From the NCBI GenBank assembly GCA_049840735.1, contig JASGJN010000021.1, positions 288,001 through 352,000 of the forward strand: a stretch of DNA of 64,000 bases. The letters run 5' to 3'. The stretch comes from Anaeromyxobacter sp. Lineage in GTDB: Bacteria > Myxococcota > Myxococcia > Myxococcales > Anaeromyxobacteraceae. The stretch's first letter is position 1. Every line of letters starts with the position of its first letter. The position numbers and the translations under genes are program-made. This document shows positions 62,412-64,000 of the stretch, piece by piece. The notes beneath the pieces were generated by a model that saw only the letters and a program-made list of their open reading frames with translations, was not told the DNA's origin and ran no database searches.

Positions 62412-62617
62412 GTCGCCTCCTCCCCGGCCTGGAACGGGCCGGGCGCCAGCGGGATAGCGCGAGGCGCGCCCGCCGCGGAGGCCGCTTGGGGCCGGGGCGT
62501 TCAGGGGGGACGCGCGGGCGAGCGGGCGCCGGGGAGACCGGCGGACCGGTGGGCGATCCGTCCGAGCGGACCGCGGCCGGCTCCCTCGCGGTCGTGGAGC
62601 GAGGTAGGCTCCGTGCC

Positions 62618-63112
62618 ATGGCGCGGAACGCGAGGCCGATCACGGTCGACCTGGAAGAGCTGGGCTGGGCAATGGAAGACCACGGGGAGTCGATCTGGTA
62701 CCTCGACACCGAGACGGGGGACGTCTTCTTCGTCTCGGACGACGCGGGGATCGACGAGCTCCCGGTGTCGCGCGACGAGCTGGACGGCTCTGCTCGGTTC
62801 GAGGTCATCGAACCGCTGGACTCCCACGAGAGCAGGGAGGAGATGCGCGCCTTCGCCGCCGGGGTGAAGGACGCGCGCATCAGGGAACTGCTCGAGGTGG
62901 CCGTGGCGGGCCAGGGAGCGTTCAGCCGGTTCAAGGCCGTCCTCGCCGCGCACCCTGCCGTTCGCGAGCGCTGGTTCATCGAGCACAACGCGCGTGTCGA
63001 GGAGCAGGCCCGCGGCTGGCTCGACGAGCTGGACCTGGCCTGGTCTCCTCGCCGCAGCGGCCCCGAACCGAAGGGTGGCGGGCAGGGTGGTGGGAGAGCC
63101 AAGCGGCGATGA
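62618..63112 (+). CDS. UPF0158-like protein
   Basis: YLDTETGDV, M..F, GQGAFSRFK, ERWF. Confidence 0.8.
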   Translation: MARNARPITVDLEELGWAMEDHGESIWYLDTETGDVFFVSDDAGIDELPVSRDELDGSARFEVIEPLDSHESREEMRAFAAGVKDARIRELLEVAVAGQGAFSRFKAVLAAHPAVRERWFIEHNARVEEQARGWLDELDLAWSPRRSGPEPKGGGQGGGRAKRR

Positions 63113-63644
63113 ACGAGCTCCCCGCCGCGATCCGCGACCTGGTCCGGCTCCTGGCGGGCATGCCCGGCGTGGAGGCGGTGGCGTTGGGCGGCGCACTGGC
63201 GCTTCAAGATCGCAGTTCAGCCTGGCCCACGCGCGCATGCGGGCCGAGCGCGGCGACGCCGCCGGCGCGCTGGGCCAGGCCGCGAAGGCGGCGGTCGAGG
63301 CCGCTCACGCGCGGCTCTGCCAACGCGGCCCTCTGGCACCTCAACGTGGTGGAGCGCTGGCGGGCGGAGGCCGAGGCGGGGAGGTTCGAGGTGGACCTGC
63401 TGCTCGGCTACCTCGCCGGCCTCCCCACCTACAGCCTGGCCGCGGAGCTGGCGGTGGCGGCACGCCGCTCTCCGACAGCGCGGCGGGGTAGGCGGCGAGC
63501 GCGGCCGGGGGCGTACCGGTGAGCGGCCTCGAGAAGCGGATCCTGGAGCGGGCGGGGATGGAGGCGGTGCAGGCGCTCTTCGCCCGGCCGCCCACCATCG
63601 ACCGGCTCGAGGCGTGGGTCGGCCAGGTCGAGGGGGCGTTGTAG
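63109..63644 (+). pseudogene. Disrupted and rearranged nucleotidyltransferase-domain gene
   Basis: LAGMPGVEAVALGG breaks off before the GS/DxD motif; remaining segments are out of order and one is inverted. Confidence 0.6.
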
Positions 63645-63723
63645 CGGTCGGGCGTCGCGTTCCAGCAGGAGCCCCGGTTGATGCGAAGGGCGCAAGGAAC
63701 GCCCGCGTGACCAGCGGGGAGAC

Positions 63724-63779
63724 GCCAGTAACGTTCTCTTGACTAGCAGAAGCGCGCTGGTAAAGAAGACGTTACTAGC
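63724..63779. promoter_or_regulatory. AT-rich imperfect inverted repeat upstream of the Fic gene
   Basis: gccagtaacgt...acgttactagc arms enclosing TTGACT. Confidence 0.45.
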
Positions 63780-63820
63780 GATCGCGGCCACGCTCCCGCG
63801 CCGTGACGCGGAGGTTCGAC

Positions 63821-64000
63821 ATGTCCCCCCGTTCCACCGGCCGCTACGAGCCCTCCGTCGCCGCCGGCGAGGCCGTGAACGCCTTCGTGCCGTCGCCGCT
63901 CCCGCCTCGCGACCCGCCCATCGATGTCGCGCTGCTGCAGGAGCGGCTCCGGAGCGCCGAGCACGCGCTGGCGCGGCTCGATCTGGCGGGCGAGATGGTG
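63821..64000 (+). CDS. Fic/DOC family protein N-terminus (partial)
   Basis: GGAGG RBS; AFVPSPLPP..P....AEHALARLD typical of Fic N-terminal domains; catalytic motif lies outside the window. Confidence 0.65.
   Translation, partial: MSPRSTGRYEPSVAAGEAVNAFVPSPLPPRDPPIDVALLQERLRSAEHALARLDLAGEMV

Noticed and set aside
63724..63779. Integron attC site
   Set aside because: Ends do not match RYYYAAC/GTTRRRY and there is no integrase or second copy

Overview
High-GC bacterial DNA that looks like Anaeromyxobacter/Myxococcota; this is inferred from gene content (PilZ-REC proteins, many kinases, sigma54 regulators). About 60 genes are present, mostly housekeeping, signalling and envelope functions: an acyl-CoA ligase/KAS III-like/TetR/SDR cluster, SF1 helicase, AlaX-like editing protein, several histidine kinases, DUF47-pit, an ECF sigma/anti-sigma/DUF3106/beta-barrel operon, sulfatase, RlmN-like enzyme, mpg, pyk, M24 peptidase, NtrC-family regulator and ftsH. 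No rRNA, tRNA, CRISPR or transposase was recognised. Accessory inserts with lower GC: (i) a translationally coupled three-gene cassette led by a Tse2-like ADP-ribosyltransferase-fold gene (7983-9375), (ii) an ABC-type ATPase + DUF4276 pair (36215-38088), (iii) a VapBC-like TA pair. One family of structured REP-like palindromes with covarying stems recurs across the window. It forms two tandem arrays (6 x ~105 bp and 9 x ~60 bp) and also lies in-frame inside coding sequences. A nucleotidyltransferase-like gene near the right end appears internally scrambled. About ten single-base frameshifts, several of them GATC->GAATC/GATTC, look like long-read errors rather than true pseudogenes. All product calls come from motif recognition by eye; no database searches were run.
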